Below are positions 13,483-29,212 of a stretch of DNA of 64,000 nucleotides, piece after piece. Position 1 is the first letter of the stretch; each line of letters starts with the position of its first letter. Source of the stretch: the human T2T-CHM13v2.0 reference genome, Homo sapiens. Under the pieces are notes generated by a model. The model was not told the origin of the DNA. It did not search any database and saw only the letters and a program-made list of their open reading frames with translations. The DNA lies in the NCBI RefSeq assembly GCF_009914755.1, contig NC_060928.1. One strand, 5' to 3'. The position numbers and the translations under genes are program-made.

Positions 13483-14788
13483 TGAGCTCGTATTGAAATT
13501 TGTTGAACTTATATTGAAATTTGTTGCTCTAATTCACAGTATACTCACAAAAAAATTTACTCAGCTTAACTATATTTCACACATTGTACATAAACACAAG
13601 ATCATTAAGAAGTCCACTGACAGTATCAGTACTGTTTTGCACATACTCAGAATAATTTGGCTTCATTTTGAACAGGACTGTATTGTTTTAACTGCTGCTA
13701 AAGAAACTATTACATAGTTAAATTGTACAGAAAGTCTCTCTTCCTTTTGATATTTTAAGATGAGTAGTATTGCTTGGCTTTTATAATGCATGCAGCTTTA
13801 TTCTCATATTTTTCCTAAAATTTATGGCCAAGTGTTTACTGTTTTAGAGCTTAAGTCATTTCTCAGTGGAAATTATGGGGAATTAGAAATACAGCAACTC
13901 TTACCTTCTTCCTACTGTAAAATTGAACTATTTTGTAACATCTTTGGTTTCATGAGCCAATTCTATTTTTTCTAGATATTTAAAAATATACATCTGGTTG
14001 ACTTTATTCTCATATTTTTAATTATTTCAATAGTTATTTGGGAACAGGTGGTGTTTGATTAAATGGGTAAGTTCTTTAGTGGTAATTTCTGAGGTTTTGG
14101 TGCACATATCATGTGAGCAGTGTACCCTGCACTCAATGTATATAATCTTGTATCCCTCACCCCCTCCCACCCTCCCCTCTGAATCCTGAGAGCCTATTAT
14201 ATTTTTCTTGTGCCTTTGCATCCTCATAGCTTAGCTCCCACTTGTAAGTGAGAATTTATCATGTTCAATTTTCTATTCCTGAATTACTTCACTTAGAATA
14301 ATGCTCTCCCACTCCTTACAAGTTGCTGTTAATGCCATTGCTTTGTTTCTTTTTATGGCTTAGTAGTATTCCATGGTGTATATATATAGTATGTATATGT
14401 GTGTGTGTATACTTGTATATGTCTATGTGTGTGTGTATATATATATATATATATCACATTTTCTTTATCCACCTGTTGGTTGATGGGCATTTAGGCTGGT
14501 TCCATATTTTTAAAATTGCTAATAGTGCTGTTGTAAACATGTATGTGCATGGGTCTTTTTCATATAAAACTTTTCTTCTGGGAAGATACACAGTAGTGGG
14601 ATTGCTGGATCAAATGGTACTTCTACTTTTAGTTCTTATAGGAATCTTCATATGGTTTTTCACAGTATTTGTACTAGTTTGCATTCCCACAGCAGCATAA
14701 AACTGTCCCCTTTTTCCCATATCCATGCCAACATTGTATTACTTTTGGATTTTTAAATTAGGCCATTCTTGCAGGAGTATAGTGGTAT

Positions 14789-16339
14789 TGTGTCTGGAAT
14801 TGGTGGGTTCTTTGTCTCACTGACTTCAAGAATGAAGCCGCAGACCCTGGCGGTGAGTGTTAGAGCTCTTAAGCTGGCGCGTCTGGAGTTTGTTCCTTCT
14901 GATGTTCAGATGTGTTCGGAGTTTCTTCCTTCTGGTGGGTTCTTGGTCTTGCTGGCTCAGGAGTGAAGCTGCAGACCTTCGCGGTGAGTGTTATAGCTCT
15001 TAAGGTGGCGTGTCTGGAGTTGTTCATTCCTCCCGGTGGGCTCATGGTTTTGCTGGCTTCAGGAGTGAAGCTGCAGACCTTCTCGTTGAGTGTTACAGCC
15101 CATAAAAGCAGTGTGGACCCAAAGAGTGAGCAGTAGCAAGATTTATTGCAAAAAGCAAAAGAACACATCTTCCACAGTGTGGAAGGGGACTGGAGCGGGT
15201 TGCCACTGCCGGCTAGGGCAGCCTGCTTTTATTCTCTTATCTGGCCCCACGCAATCCTGCTGATTGGTAGAGCCCAGTGGCCTGTTTTGACAGGGCGCTG
15301 ATTGGTGCGTTTAGAATTCCTGAGCTAGATACAAAGGTTCTCCATGTCCACATCAGATTTGTTAGATACAGAGTTTCGACACACAGGTTCTCCAAGGCCC
15401 CACCAGAGCAGCTAGATACAGAGTGTTGACTGGTGCACTCACAAACCCTGAGCTAAACACAAGGTGCTGATTGGTGTGTTTACAAACCTTGAGCTAAATA
15501 CAGAGTGCTGATTGGTGTATTTACAATCCCTGAGCTAGACATAAAGGTTCTCCAAGGCCCTACCAGAGCAGCTAGATACAGAGTGTCAATTGGTGCACTC
15601 ACAAACCTTGAGCTAAACACAGGGTGTTGATTGGTGTGTTTATAATCCCTGAGCTAGACATAAAGACTCTCCACGTCCCCACCAGACTCAGGAGCCCAGC
15701 TGGCTTCACCCAGTGGATCCCACACTGGGGTCGCAGGTGGAGCTGCCTGCCTGCCAGTCCTGCGCCATGCGCTTGCACTCCTCAGCCCTTGGGCGATGGA
15801 TGGGACTGGGCACCCTTGAGCAGGGGGCGGCACTCGTCGGGGAGGCTTGGGCTGCACAGGAGCCCATGGTGGGGGTGGGAAGCTCAGGCATGGCGGGCTG
15901 CAGGTCCCCAGCCCTGCCCTGCAGGAAGGCAGCTAAGGCCCAGTGAGAAATCGAGTGCAGCGCCAGTGGGCGGGCACTGCTGGGGGACCCAGTACACCCT
16001 CCGCAGCCGCTGGCCCGGGTGCTAAGCCCCTCACTTCCCGGGCCGGCAAGGCCGGCCGGCTGCTCCGAGTGCGAGGCCGGCCAAGCCCACGCCCACCCGG
16101 AACTCCAGCTGGCCCACAAGCGCTGCACGCAGCCCTGGTTCCCGCTCGCACCTCTCCCTCCACACCTCACTGCAAGCTGAGGGAGCCGGCTCTGGCCTTG
16201 GCCAGCCCAGAAAGGGGCTCCCACAGTGCAGTGGTGGGATGAAGGGCTCCTCAAGTGCCACCAAAGTGGGAGCCCAGGCAGAGGAGGTGCCGAAAGCAAG
16301 CAAGGGCTCTGAGGACTGCCAGCATGCTGTCACCTCTCA
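14789..16339 (-). mobile_element. Solo LTR12C-type (ERV9) LTR, 1551 bp
   Basis: Minus strand starts TGAGAGGTGACAGCATGCTGGCAG and ends CCAGACACA; 4-bp TSD GTAT (14785-14788 / 16340-16343); tandem CCAAT repeats about 15255-15660; GC-rich U3. Confidence 0.93.
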
Positions 16340-17050
16340 GTATTGCATTGTGCTTTTGATTTGCATTTTACTGATAGTGAAGTTGAGTATTTTTTCATAC
16401 GTGTTGGCCAATTATATATCTTCTTTTAAGAATTGTCTATTTATTACCTTAGCCTACTTTTTGAACGGTTTTGTTTTTCTCTTGTGGATTTGTTTTAGTT
16501 CTTTGTAGACTCTGGACATTTGTCCTTTGTCAGATGCATACTTCCTGAATATTTTCAATTACTCTGTGAGTTGTCTGTTTACACAACTGATTATTTCTTT
16601 TGCTGGCAGAAGCTTTTTAGTTTAATTAAATCACAACTGTTTATCTTTGTTTTAGTTGCATTTGCTTTTGGATTTTTGGTCATGATGTTTTTACCTAACC
16701 CAATGTCTAGAAGAGTTTTTGAAATGTTACCTTCTAGAATTTTTTATTGTTTAAGGTTTAGATTTCATTATGTGATCCATCTTGAGTTGATTTTTATAAG
16801 GTGAGAGACAAAGATGCAGTTTCATTCTTCTACGTGTGGATTGCCAATTATTTCAGCCCCGTTTGTTGAATAGGGTGTCATTTCCCCACTTTATGTTTTC
16901 GTTTGCTTTGTCAAAGATCAGTTAGCTGTAAGTATTTGGCTTTATTTCTGGATTCTCTATTCTGTTCCATTGATCTACATGCCTGCTTTTATACCGATAC
17001 CATGTTGTTTTGGTAACTTTGAATATGCCTTTTAACATGATGGGTAATGT

Positions 17051-17755
17051 AGAGAGGAGGTGCCAGCTGGGCTTCCTGGGTCAAGTATGGACTCAGAAAG
17101 CTGTGAAACTCACTCATTTACTGCAGGAGGACTTACTTCGATCCTGGATGAATAATATTGAAGATAAATGCTTAAAATATTCCTAACACCAGGATTTGTG
17201 CATGTGTTTTCTTCCCCAAGAAAGCTATAAACAATGAAAATTTTGCTGTAAGTTTCCCTGTGTCCTCTCTTCCTCTCTCCCTTCCCCATTCCCGAAAACT
17301 AAAGTGAAAGAAATGTTAACTGCCTGTTTTTCTGTAACCAGTGGGCCTTATCTATACTCCTAATTCCAGTTCCTTGTAAACATCCTTTGTAAAGTCCCAT
17401 AAGATCCTGTCTCCTTTGCCATACAGCTGCAAGGTCATAAAGTAGATAAAACCTAAGTTGCAATTCTGGTTTTCCTCAAGATCTAAGACATGTTACAAAG
17501 AGTTAATTGTCTTTGTTTCTCATCTGGTAACATCTACCCGCTGCACATATTTCTTACCTTAAAGAGTTTAAAAGGCAATCGTATAATCCAACTCTGCCTA
17601 CACTTTCGGGACCCCTTCCACACTCTGGAAGCTTTGTACTCTTGTTCTGCTCGATAAAACCTACTGCTCATTCTCGGTCCGGGTCTCTATCACTTGCCGT
17701 GGTCAGCTGCCGCACCAGTTTTTGGTGTGGCTAGGCAAGAACCTTAGGCATTACA
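17051..17755 (+). mobile_element. Solo ERV1 LTR (LTR30-like), copy 1
   Basis: AGAGAGGAGGTGCCAGCTGGGCTTCC...TAGGCATTACA; TSD ATGT inside L1PB; family name from recalled consensus. Confidence 0.8.
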
Positions 17756-17810
17756 ATGTGATGCCCCCAGATTTGTTCTTTTTCTTAGTCTTGCTTTGGC
17801 TATGCGGGGT

Positions 17811-18122
17811 TCAAAGCTGAGAATCAAATAACAACTCATCCATTTTCACAATAGCTGCAAAAAAAAAAAAAAAAAAACTTAGAAATATACCTAACCAAAA
17901 ATGTGAAAGGTCTCTACAAAGAAAAATACAAAATTTTGCTCAAAAAAGTCATAGATGACAGAAACAAATGGAAATACAGCCCATGCTCATGGATGGGTAG
18001 AATCAATTTTGTGAAAATGAGCATATTGCCAAAAGAAATATATAAATCCAATTCAATTCTCATTAAAATATCATCATCATTCTTAGCAGAATGAGAAAAA
18101 ACAATCCTAAGTTTCATATGGG
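17811..18122 (+). mobile_element. Inverted 5' segment of the same L1PB (ORF2 fragment)
   Basis: ORF 17903-18094 (GLYKEKYKILLKKVIDDRNKWKYSPCSWMGRINFVKMSILPK) is L1 ORF2-like and lies just upstream, in L1 coordinates, of the minus-strand segment. Confidence 0.85.
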
Positions 18123-19879
18123 TTTTATTATCATTTTTGACCTTTAATAACAATTGTAAGTCCTTAATTTTAGGTTGTGATAATATAGAAATTGCACTTT
18201 AAAGGGACTTAGTGAATTCTCAATCTTGCTCAACATACATGTACATATACATGTCCATTTCTTTTAAAACAAGACACAGCATCAATTAACTAGCTAATGG
18301 ATATGTTGTGAAATTCAATGTGTATTTTGAAGACAGCTTGAAATAATTATTATTATTCTACATAACTATAATCATTTTTTTTTATTTTCCACAAAGCCTT
18401 TTGATTCATCCCTCCTATAAATATAATATGGACATATAAATTTTTAGCATGTTAAAAATATATACAAAGCATAAAAAAAGTTTATAAATTTTGTGGAAAA
18501 TAGATAAATCAAGTCATAAATCTCCTTTAATCTACACATCAGGGAAGCACTTTATGATCAAACTAGTCCAGATTGACAGAAATCTACTTGTCTTTGTCAC
18601 TAAAAGTTCTTACCATTAACCAATTCTCACAAAAAATATTCTCCAGGGTAAGGTTTGATTAAAAACAAATATATATGTATATTTATAATTTTATACACAT
18701 AGATAAATCATGTAATATATAAACACATACACACTAAAACATTGACAAGATAGAGAAATTATAGAAAATTTCATACAATTCATCCAGGAATTAATACAGA
18801 TATAAAGAAAAACAGAACTTATATAGTGTCAAAGATTAATAATGTTGTCTTATGCTTATAAACCTGAATTAATTCACATAAAACCTATCCTATAACACAC
18901 ATAACAAAAGATTGGTATCCATTGTTCAGTGAGAACTACAAATCACCAACCAAAACAGACAATCTAATAAAAAATTGATGAAAATATGAAGAAGCAATAC
19001 AAAGTAAAAATGGCCAATAAGATATAAAAGACTAAAAAGCTACTGACGCTCACAAAAATAGAATTAATACCAACAAATTAATGCCATAGAGAAGATTTGC
19101 ACCCCATAAAAACCTGAGAAATCTATTTTTGAGGGAGTATAATTTGAAATAACACTCAAATAAAATGTAAATATGCCATTTGAAACTGAAGTTTTATATA
19201 TAGAGATCTGTCATGCAGAAATCCTTGCATATAAGCACATGAATGAACTAAATTTCTCCAGCACTTAAATGGCTTTCAGTCAATGAACACGTGTCCCTCC
19301 AACAAATGTTTGAATGTAGCCATTGCAGAGAACAGGCTGATTATCACATTACGAAACAGAAAAAGTAGTTTCCAGAAAAACAAATAAGTATTTTTTGTAA
19401 TAAAATATATGTAAGCTAGTACAAAGAAGAAAGAATCTCGAAAAATACGTGTAATTCCAAGGATGAGAATTTAAATTTTTATTCTATACAAATCTGCAAT
19501 GTTTAACTTTACACAACATTTTCATGTATTAATTATGAGATTTAAAATTTAATTTGTGGAATAAACACATTAATTCAAGACAGGAAGTTCCAAAATGTAA
19601 TATCATATTATTAATTCGCTAGTGTCATTCAAAAACTTGATAATGTTTCTCATATATCAGCTCTTTTATCCACTTGTAGCTTGTTTTTAGGACATTTGTT
19701 CTATTTTTAAAAAATGTATGAATAAATACGATACAATGTTTAAAAATTGCAATAATTGTAGAAATCTAAATTCATGTAATTTTAATATTTTTTCTTTAAC
19801 TATTTTTAATATTTTATGAATCATACAATAGTTTAATAACTTCTGCCTTCTCAGGAAGATTATATTTGTTGTTATTTTG

Positions 19880-20415
19880 AGACATGACTATAAATCCATT
19901 GACAATTTTCCTATCAAGTAATATCCCCTCCCTTTGAAGTTTGGCAAACTTTGTAGCTGTCTCAACACAAAGAATGTAATGGAAATAATGCAACTAAACA
20001 TTCAAAGCTCTGGTGGAAACACAGCATGTTCTCTCTCTGTTTCTCTTTCTCTCTTTCTGTTTCTTCTTTTCTTGTCTTTTTTTCTCTCACTATTACTCAA
20101 CAACTCAATCTGTAGTCCCCATAACAAATGACAATTTTGTAGAGACATAAATATATGCCTAAGAAATCCTGGTAGCCCACTAGCACTCTGAGACTTTCAA
20201 CATAAATCACTAAGTATGTAAGTGAATGATCTTCAGATAATTATAGACCCAGGCACCATAGAAAAGTAGCTACCTAAGAAACTCTGTGGAAGGAACACAC
20301 AACTGAGCCCACCTAACACAGAGACTCTGAGAGGTGACAATAAAATGATTACAGTTGTTTTAAGGCCCCACATTTGGAAACTGTTTGTTATGCAGTGATA
20401 CATACCTGGAATAAC
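19880..20415. mobile_element. Old MaLR (MLT1-type) LTR
   Basis: gagacatgacta...ttgttttaaggcccacatttggaaactgtttgttatgcagtgatacatacctgg, a typical MLT1 end; paralogous copy at about 41680-42250. Confidence 0.55.
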
Positions 20416-20524
20416 TATTCCACATATTTTAAATTATAAATTTATAATAAAATTACAATTAATATATATCTACATGAGTGGGAAACTGTGATACTACACT
20501 TTGAAAATATCTGCACCCAGAGTA

Positions 20525-20765
20525 AGAGAGTCAACATAACATGGTGGTTAAGAGCTCGCACTCTGGATCCAGATGGCCTTGATTCAAGTCTTAGAAACCA
20601 CTATATGATGACGTGGGGTTCAACAAATTACGGAGACTTCATTTGCCTCAGCTCCCTCACCAATGAAATGGCAATAGTTGTCATCGCATTATCAATATCA
20701 TGGGGTTGCTGAAAGAACGAAGTCATTAATATTGCAAAGCACTAACAATTGTGTGTACAGCAAAA
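20525..20765. mobile_element. MIR SINE
   Basis: catggtggttaagagctcgcactctggatccaga...gcctcagctccctcaccaatgaaatgg MIR core; paralogous copy at about 42365-42610. Confidence 0.7.
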
Positions 20766-22154
20766 TAAAATTTGCAATACTCTGATTAGACAAATAAAAA
20801 AATTCCACAATAATAATTTTAGTGTTCATATAATTGCATAATATATTATAGTTTCAAAACATGCCATGTTTCTAATGTAAATGATTAAAATGACAGCATT
20901 TACTATTTCAAGCATATGGGAATTAAATTTGTAGCATAAACCAAGGGCTGACAAACTATGGTCTCTTGGTCAAATCTGGTCAGCCACTTGTTTATTTAAA
21001 GAATAATTGATATAGGAATTTTACACCACAAAATTATACAATTAAACCATTTAATGTGCATTATTCATTGGCGTTTAGCACATTTGCCAGTACCACTACT
21101 ATCTAGATCCAAAGTAATTTTTTCACTTCAAAAGGGAGCTTTATACCCATTAGACAGTCATGTCACATTCTCCCATTCTCCATGCCTTGCAACCTGGCAT
21201 TATGTGTTGGCATCGTTCTATAGCCTATTGGGTAATGCTTTTAAAAAAATCCAAATAGGTATATAACTTCAACAAAGTGTTTTATTTTTTCTTACTTCTA
21301 ACATGTCCTATTTGTTTCTAAATAGTAATTCTATGATGTATAAAATTAAACTTTTGTTTCTAATTGCTCTGTTATTAAACATATTCAGAGGTGTTGTGAT
21401 TTATATTGTTATGAGTTCTTTCCAATTTTATATTGAAGTCTCTTTCTTGAGAATGGCCATAAACCAAGATCCTGGAAAGCTCTGATGGAGGTGAGGAAAT
21501 GAGTTTCAGATATATGAGTCAGGTGAAATATATTGAAATGAGAAAGGAAGAACAAAATGCATAAAATAGAAGAAATGTATTACTCATAGTTCCTAAGTGA
21601 CGTTAGGGATGATGATAAGAAACTGACAGAAAGTCCAGAGGTGGCAGAGAGCTCAATCAGCTGTCTGGAAGTGGAAGGGGGAACCCCGTGGGAGAGCTTT
21701 TATTAAGGACCATGGATATTATTTCCTAGGCTTCTCTGCAGGAGTAGAAGAATGGCTGGATTAAGGGAATACACATGAAGGGGAAAATTATTATATGACT
21801 CTGGTATTGATCAATAGGTTATATCATGGTCATCACCTCTGTGATATATTGCATTTCTGGGTCATTAGGGTGAGAAACAAGTAGACTCTATCTCAAACAA
21901 CTACACAAGGAAGGGAAGTTATAACAAAGCCAAAAGTGACAAGCTATGACTAGGTCTTAAACAACTCATGTTAAGCCTAAAAACGAATGCTGAGGCAGAA
22001 CAAACTTATGACATGAAGGTAGACAGACATTTTAGAAGAAAACATGTCCCTAGCCCATTCGAGATTGGTAGCATAAAATGAATCAGCTCCAAAATGTAAC
22101 AAGAATAAATAGTGAGAATTGTTTTTAGAGACAACTACTTAATGATATTAGGAG

Positions 22155-22270
22155 AAGTTGACTGCAGTGGCATGCACCTATATTCCCAGCTACTCAGGAG
22201 GCTGAGGAAGGAGGATTACTTGAGCCCAGGAGTTCAAGGCCAGCCTGGGAAAATTTGTGAAACCACATCT
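22155..22270 (+). mobile_element. Alu monomer (FLAM/AluJ-like fragment)
   Basis: cagtggcatgcacctatattcccagctactcaggaggctgagg...cccaggagttcaaggccagcctggg. Confidence 0.75.
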
Positions 22271-22275
22271 CCTCA

Positions 22276-22775
22276 CCATTTTCCAGTTTAGGAAAAAAAA
22301 AAAATAGTGCAACTCACAGCCAGCACTCATCTAATTTTACATAAATACACTCTTTGAGGCTGAAACAAATCTGACTCATTTTCAGTGTGAACATACATTA
22401 TAAAAACTCTTCTTGGAGTTATTTCTAAACAGAGCTAACATCAGAATCATCTGAATCATCTATTTTAGAAAAACTGAATTTATCAAATTAATCTTCAGCC
22501 AACAACTTCTCGAGAACAACGTTAACATCCTGCTATATTTTCCAGGATTTGACATCTTCAACGATCGAAAATGTCTATATTTTGTAAATGGAAATAGCAC
22601 TCATACAATAGAATGCTAAATATTGAATGTGTTTTTTCTGTTTCCAAAGTTGGTATGCTAAATCAATGAAAAAATAATAATAAAAGCTAGATATTTTGTG
22701 ACAAAATTATCTCGAGGTAAATGCTGCATCTGCAAGTACTGCCAGCAAGTATTATCTGGGCAAACAGAGAAAGGG
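22276..22775 (-). mobile_element. MER75 non-autonomous piggyBac-type DNA transposon
   Basis: Terminal inverted repeats CCATTTTCCAGTTT...AAACAGAGAAAGGG, about 500 bp, TTAA-like flank on the right; interior matches recalled MER75. Confidence 0.8.
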
Positions 22776-22789
22776 TTTAAAAAATAAAA

Positions 22790-25510
<2,721 letters not shown>

Positions 25511-27800
25511 GAGGAGAGAGAGATAGGGAAGGATAGAGGGCAGGGGAGGAGGAATGTGGGTTGGTGAAGGTGCCTCCACAGGGACTTGCCGCCATTAACC
25601 CTGCTGCCTCCAGCACAGCCTCAGCTTCTCACAGCTGATGCAGCCAGGGCAAGTCCAGGCATTGAGAATACATGAGGGTGGCCCTTCTGAACCATGCTCC
25701 TGGGGAAAATCAAACACTAATGCTCTGAGATATCTAAGGTAAGGTACTCAACTCTGTAGGGTATTACATAAATCCTAAAAGAATGCAATAAACTGGTAAT
25801 GTCTCAGGAACCTGCCCCACCTCTAACTAGAGATAAGTCTTCTTGTCCCATAGTAGAAAGCTAGTGTTATACACAGATCAAAATAGTAAAATGTTGAACA
25901 CATAGACAATTAATAACTTCAGTTTTTGTCAAGAGGAAATGGGTGAGGCGTTAAAAAGTTCCAAATTTTCACCTGGCCCAAATGACAAAATGAAATGGTG
26001 CCTGAGGGTAAACCCAAAAGCATTAGATAATGAAAGTAAAGACTACTTGGTCCTTATATTTGCTTTTAGTCAGATGCCCCAAAAGTGAAGTGTGAGCAAA
26101 ATTCAAATGTTCCCTTCTGAATGCTAAAAGGGAAGAAACAAAAGCAATGGAAAGCAAAAGAGCATATCAATTTGTGCAAGGGAAGGGCTGGGATTTTTAA
26201 AAATTCATTAGAAGAGACCTTTTGCTTGACGAAGCTAATAGTCTTTGACCAGATGACAAGCTTACATTATTTTACAAGATGAGTGTGATCCAAGATTCAG
26301 TAAACAAATCAGGACATACTAATACAAATACTTTCAAGATGCCTGAGGGTCGACTAGGAGAAGACTGAGGTAATCTCTGGGAAAACACAAGATTTATAGA
26401 CTGCAGTTTTTTAGTGAGAGGACAAGAATTTAAAGGTCATAAATCTGCTTGTACCTGAATCCCTAGTTTTTAATGCCATGTTTGAACATGAAATGGAAGA
26501 AAGCATAAAGAATTGAGTGGAAATAAATGATTTAGACCCTGATGTTTTTAAAGAAATGGTGAGATTCCTTAACACAGTGAAAGGATTAAACCTTGACAAA
26601 ATGGCTGACAACTTGTTGGCAGGTGCAGACAAACATGCACTGGGAACAGCTGAAGGTCTTGTGTGAGGAAGCTTTGTGTAGTAATCCCTCAGTAGAAAAT
26701 GTTGCTGATACCCTTGTCCTTGCAGATTTTCATGTTGCAAAACAGTTGAAAGCAAAAGCCATAGACATTATTAATAGGTGCAGTGTACTTCAACAACTTG
26801 GGTGTAAAGATTAGAAAAACTGAAACAGCAACCAAGCAACCAATGTAATGGAAACATCAAGGTGGAAGTCCATGATTCAGTCTCACCCTTACTTAGCAGC
26901 AGAAGCCTTCTGAGCACTAGCATCTGCACAGTGTCCACAGTTTGGCATTCCACACACACGGCTAAAACAGTCCTAAATCTTCCGTGAACAGTTGAAAAAT
27001 GGAATTGACTTTTAGTCATTCAAGTCTAGAAGGATTCTAAAAATAAACCATAAACCATAAGGAAGAGTTGTTTCTGTTATTTGGTCCACAGAACAGAAGC
27101 TAAAAAATCATATTGCTTGCATTTCAGATGGATAATTAATGGTTTATTCTTCAGCTTTAAGTTAGACTGATTAATTCACTTCAAGGCCTTAAATTATTTT
27201 CAATGACTTCACTTGTTTGTAAAACGCTTTAATTTTTTTTTATTGTGACTTATCATTTTGACCAATGCTATGCAGGATTGTATAAACTAGCTTTATAATG
27301 TAGTACTATTGATAACTGAAGATATTAAGTTTCAAAAGGATTTTTTATTTTGAAAAAGAAAGTGAATTTTATAGGGTTTGTCCTATGCTGTCTCAAGGTT
27401 TAAGATTAAATTCTCTTTAAAAGCCCTTGTATTGAAGTTTACCAGCAAGGTCTTCAATCTAAGTTCTGTATATATGGGAGAACCCATTTACCTTCAAAGT
27501 AAGTTACGGCAATACACTGCTTCAATTCTAATTTATTTTTCATTTCAGGGGGCAAATAAACAATGAGTTGGCCCAGATTTTTAGTGAAATTTGTGATGTT
27601 TGCCTTGTATGTTAACTGTCCAACAAACTGTGGGTTTATCAAAGTTTGCAATGATTGAGAACTGAATGAGGTTAAGATATCATGAAGAAAGCATGTATTG
27701 TGTGGAAGTATTTTTTTCTAATTTATAGTGACCTACATTTATATATACATGTTAAGAGTAAGGATGACCAAATGTAAATTTAATGAGTGGGCCAATTAAC

Positions 27801-27803
<3 letters not shown>

Positions 27804-27849
<46 letters not shown>
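27804..27849. repeat. (TA)n microsatellite
   Basis: Perfect TA run of about 46 bp inside the retrocopy 3' UTR. Confidence 0.95.
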
Positions 27850-27852
<3 letters not shown>

Positions 27853-28139
27853 TTTGACTTTTACTGTGTAACTTTTGTATGCTGAATGGTACATATTTAT
27901 TTTTGCTTTTGAGAGAATTAATAAGGTAGAATAATTGTGTCTTAATATTTGAAAGAAATTTTTAGAAGGAGGCAACTGGGAAGTTTATGATAATAGATAA
28001 GATATTCTTGATTGTATTAAATGGTTTTGGATTGCAAATATTCATTATTGAATTTACTCCTGTTTTTTCACACTTTGGAAAATACACCTAATAATAAATG
28101 AATCTTGGATAGTCTACTCTCCTTCAAAAACTGAACTGA

Positions 28140-28400
28140 AGGCCAAGGCGGGTGGATCACCTGAGTTCAGCAGTTTGAGACCAGTCTTGCCAACATGGAG
28201 AAACCCAGTCTCTACTAAAAATACAAAAAATTACTCAGGCATGGTGGTGGATGCCTGTAATCCCAGCTACGTAGGAGGCTGAGGCAAGAGACTTGCTTGA
28301 ACCTGGGAGGCAGAGGGCAGAGGTTGCAGTGAGCCCAGTCTGCACCATTGGACCCCAGCCTGGGCAACAAGAGTGAAATTTCATCTTAAAAAAAAAAAAA
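28140..28400 (+). mobile_element. 5'-truncated AluS inside the retrocopy 3' UTR
   Basis: ggccaaggcgggtggatcacctgag...gcaacaagagtgaaatttcatctt plus A tail. Confidence 0.9.
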
Positions 28401-29212
28401 GAGAGAGAGAGAACTGATACTTGCCTGTGGGAGACGCATACAAAAAGAGAGAAACCTTAGAGCATATCAGGTCACACACCAAGAGCATTCCCATCCACCT
28501 CTTATTTCTTCTTTGTGTTTCAGTTACTGTACTAACATTATGGATGATACAGAAATTCTGCTTAATATGAATAGTTATAAGCAATTTATAATTTGAAAAA
28601 AATAATGACACCAAATGATAACTTGAATTTATAAGAACAAAAAAGAATGGTAATGAAGAGGTGCAGTGTGACATTTTGGTATTATCATGATATTGGAGGC
28701 AGGTGACAGATATCAACAAATTCTACCCTGTCATTTAGTACTTTTGTTTACAGGATTACTGAGGGGTTCACACTACGAATGTTATCATAAAGGAGTTATG
28801 TATTAATGGGTAACTTTACTAGCACAATAACAAGAAGTACGTATTGAAAAAAATCTGAAATATATCATGGAGTTTAGGCTTCCCATGTAATCTGGGCCTT
28901 TTTACCTCCCTTAATTTTGAAATAGTCCTATTCAGTATGTTGTTCAGAGGGATATTCAGAGAATGGAGACTGAAGGCTCACCTTCATGAGTCTAAGTACC
29001 CACTCAGCCAGGTAGATTTAGAGAAATGGAAAAACCAAACTGCCTTAAGACTGGACTTTGCCAATGTCTGAAAGAAAGAAGTAACAGAAAGGAGGGGGAT
29101 CTAAGGTAGATCCTGTGCAGTATAAAATGTGCCCCCAAAGGACTTTGCTTCTAACATGTATATTGATGCTACCTCCCATCTGAGAAAGAAGGGGGATATA
29201 AGCAGGAGTCAA

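Larger units (their letters stand above)
14012..17810 (-). mobile_element. L1PB 3' part, interrupted by LTR12C and an LTR30-like LTR
   Basis: L1PB-type 3' UTR (gggaacaggtggtgtttg...tttagtggtaatttctgag...tcctcatagcttagctcccac); the L1 sequence resumes after each LTR. Confidence 0.9.
25511..28603 (+). pseudogene. Processed pseudogene of SPOPL (MATH-BTB Cul3 adaptor); former CDS 25799-26976
   Basis: Intronless; MSQEPAPPL...[40 protein letters not shown], the SPOPL-specific insert [13 protein letters not shown] and C-terminal RLKQS*; multiple stops and frameshifts; TSD AATGACACCAA (25500-25510 / 28604-28614). Confidence 0.93.

Noticed and set aside
15255-15660. Array of about 40-bp repeats, superficially CRISPR-like
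   Set aside because: This is the LTR12 U3 enhancer tandem repeat; eukaryotic context, no unique spacers and no cas genes.
14769-16508. Cluster of overlapping 65-197 aa ORFs on both strands
   Set aside because: They lie within or straddle the GC-rich LTR12C; stop-poor composition and no recognisable protein similarity.
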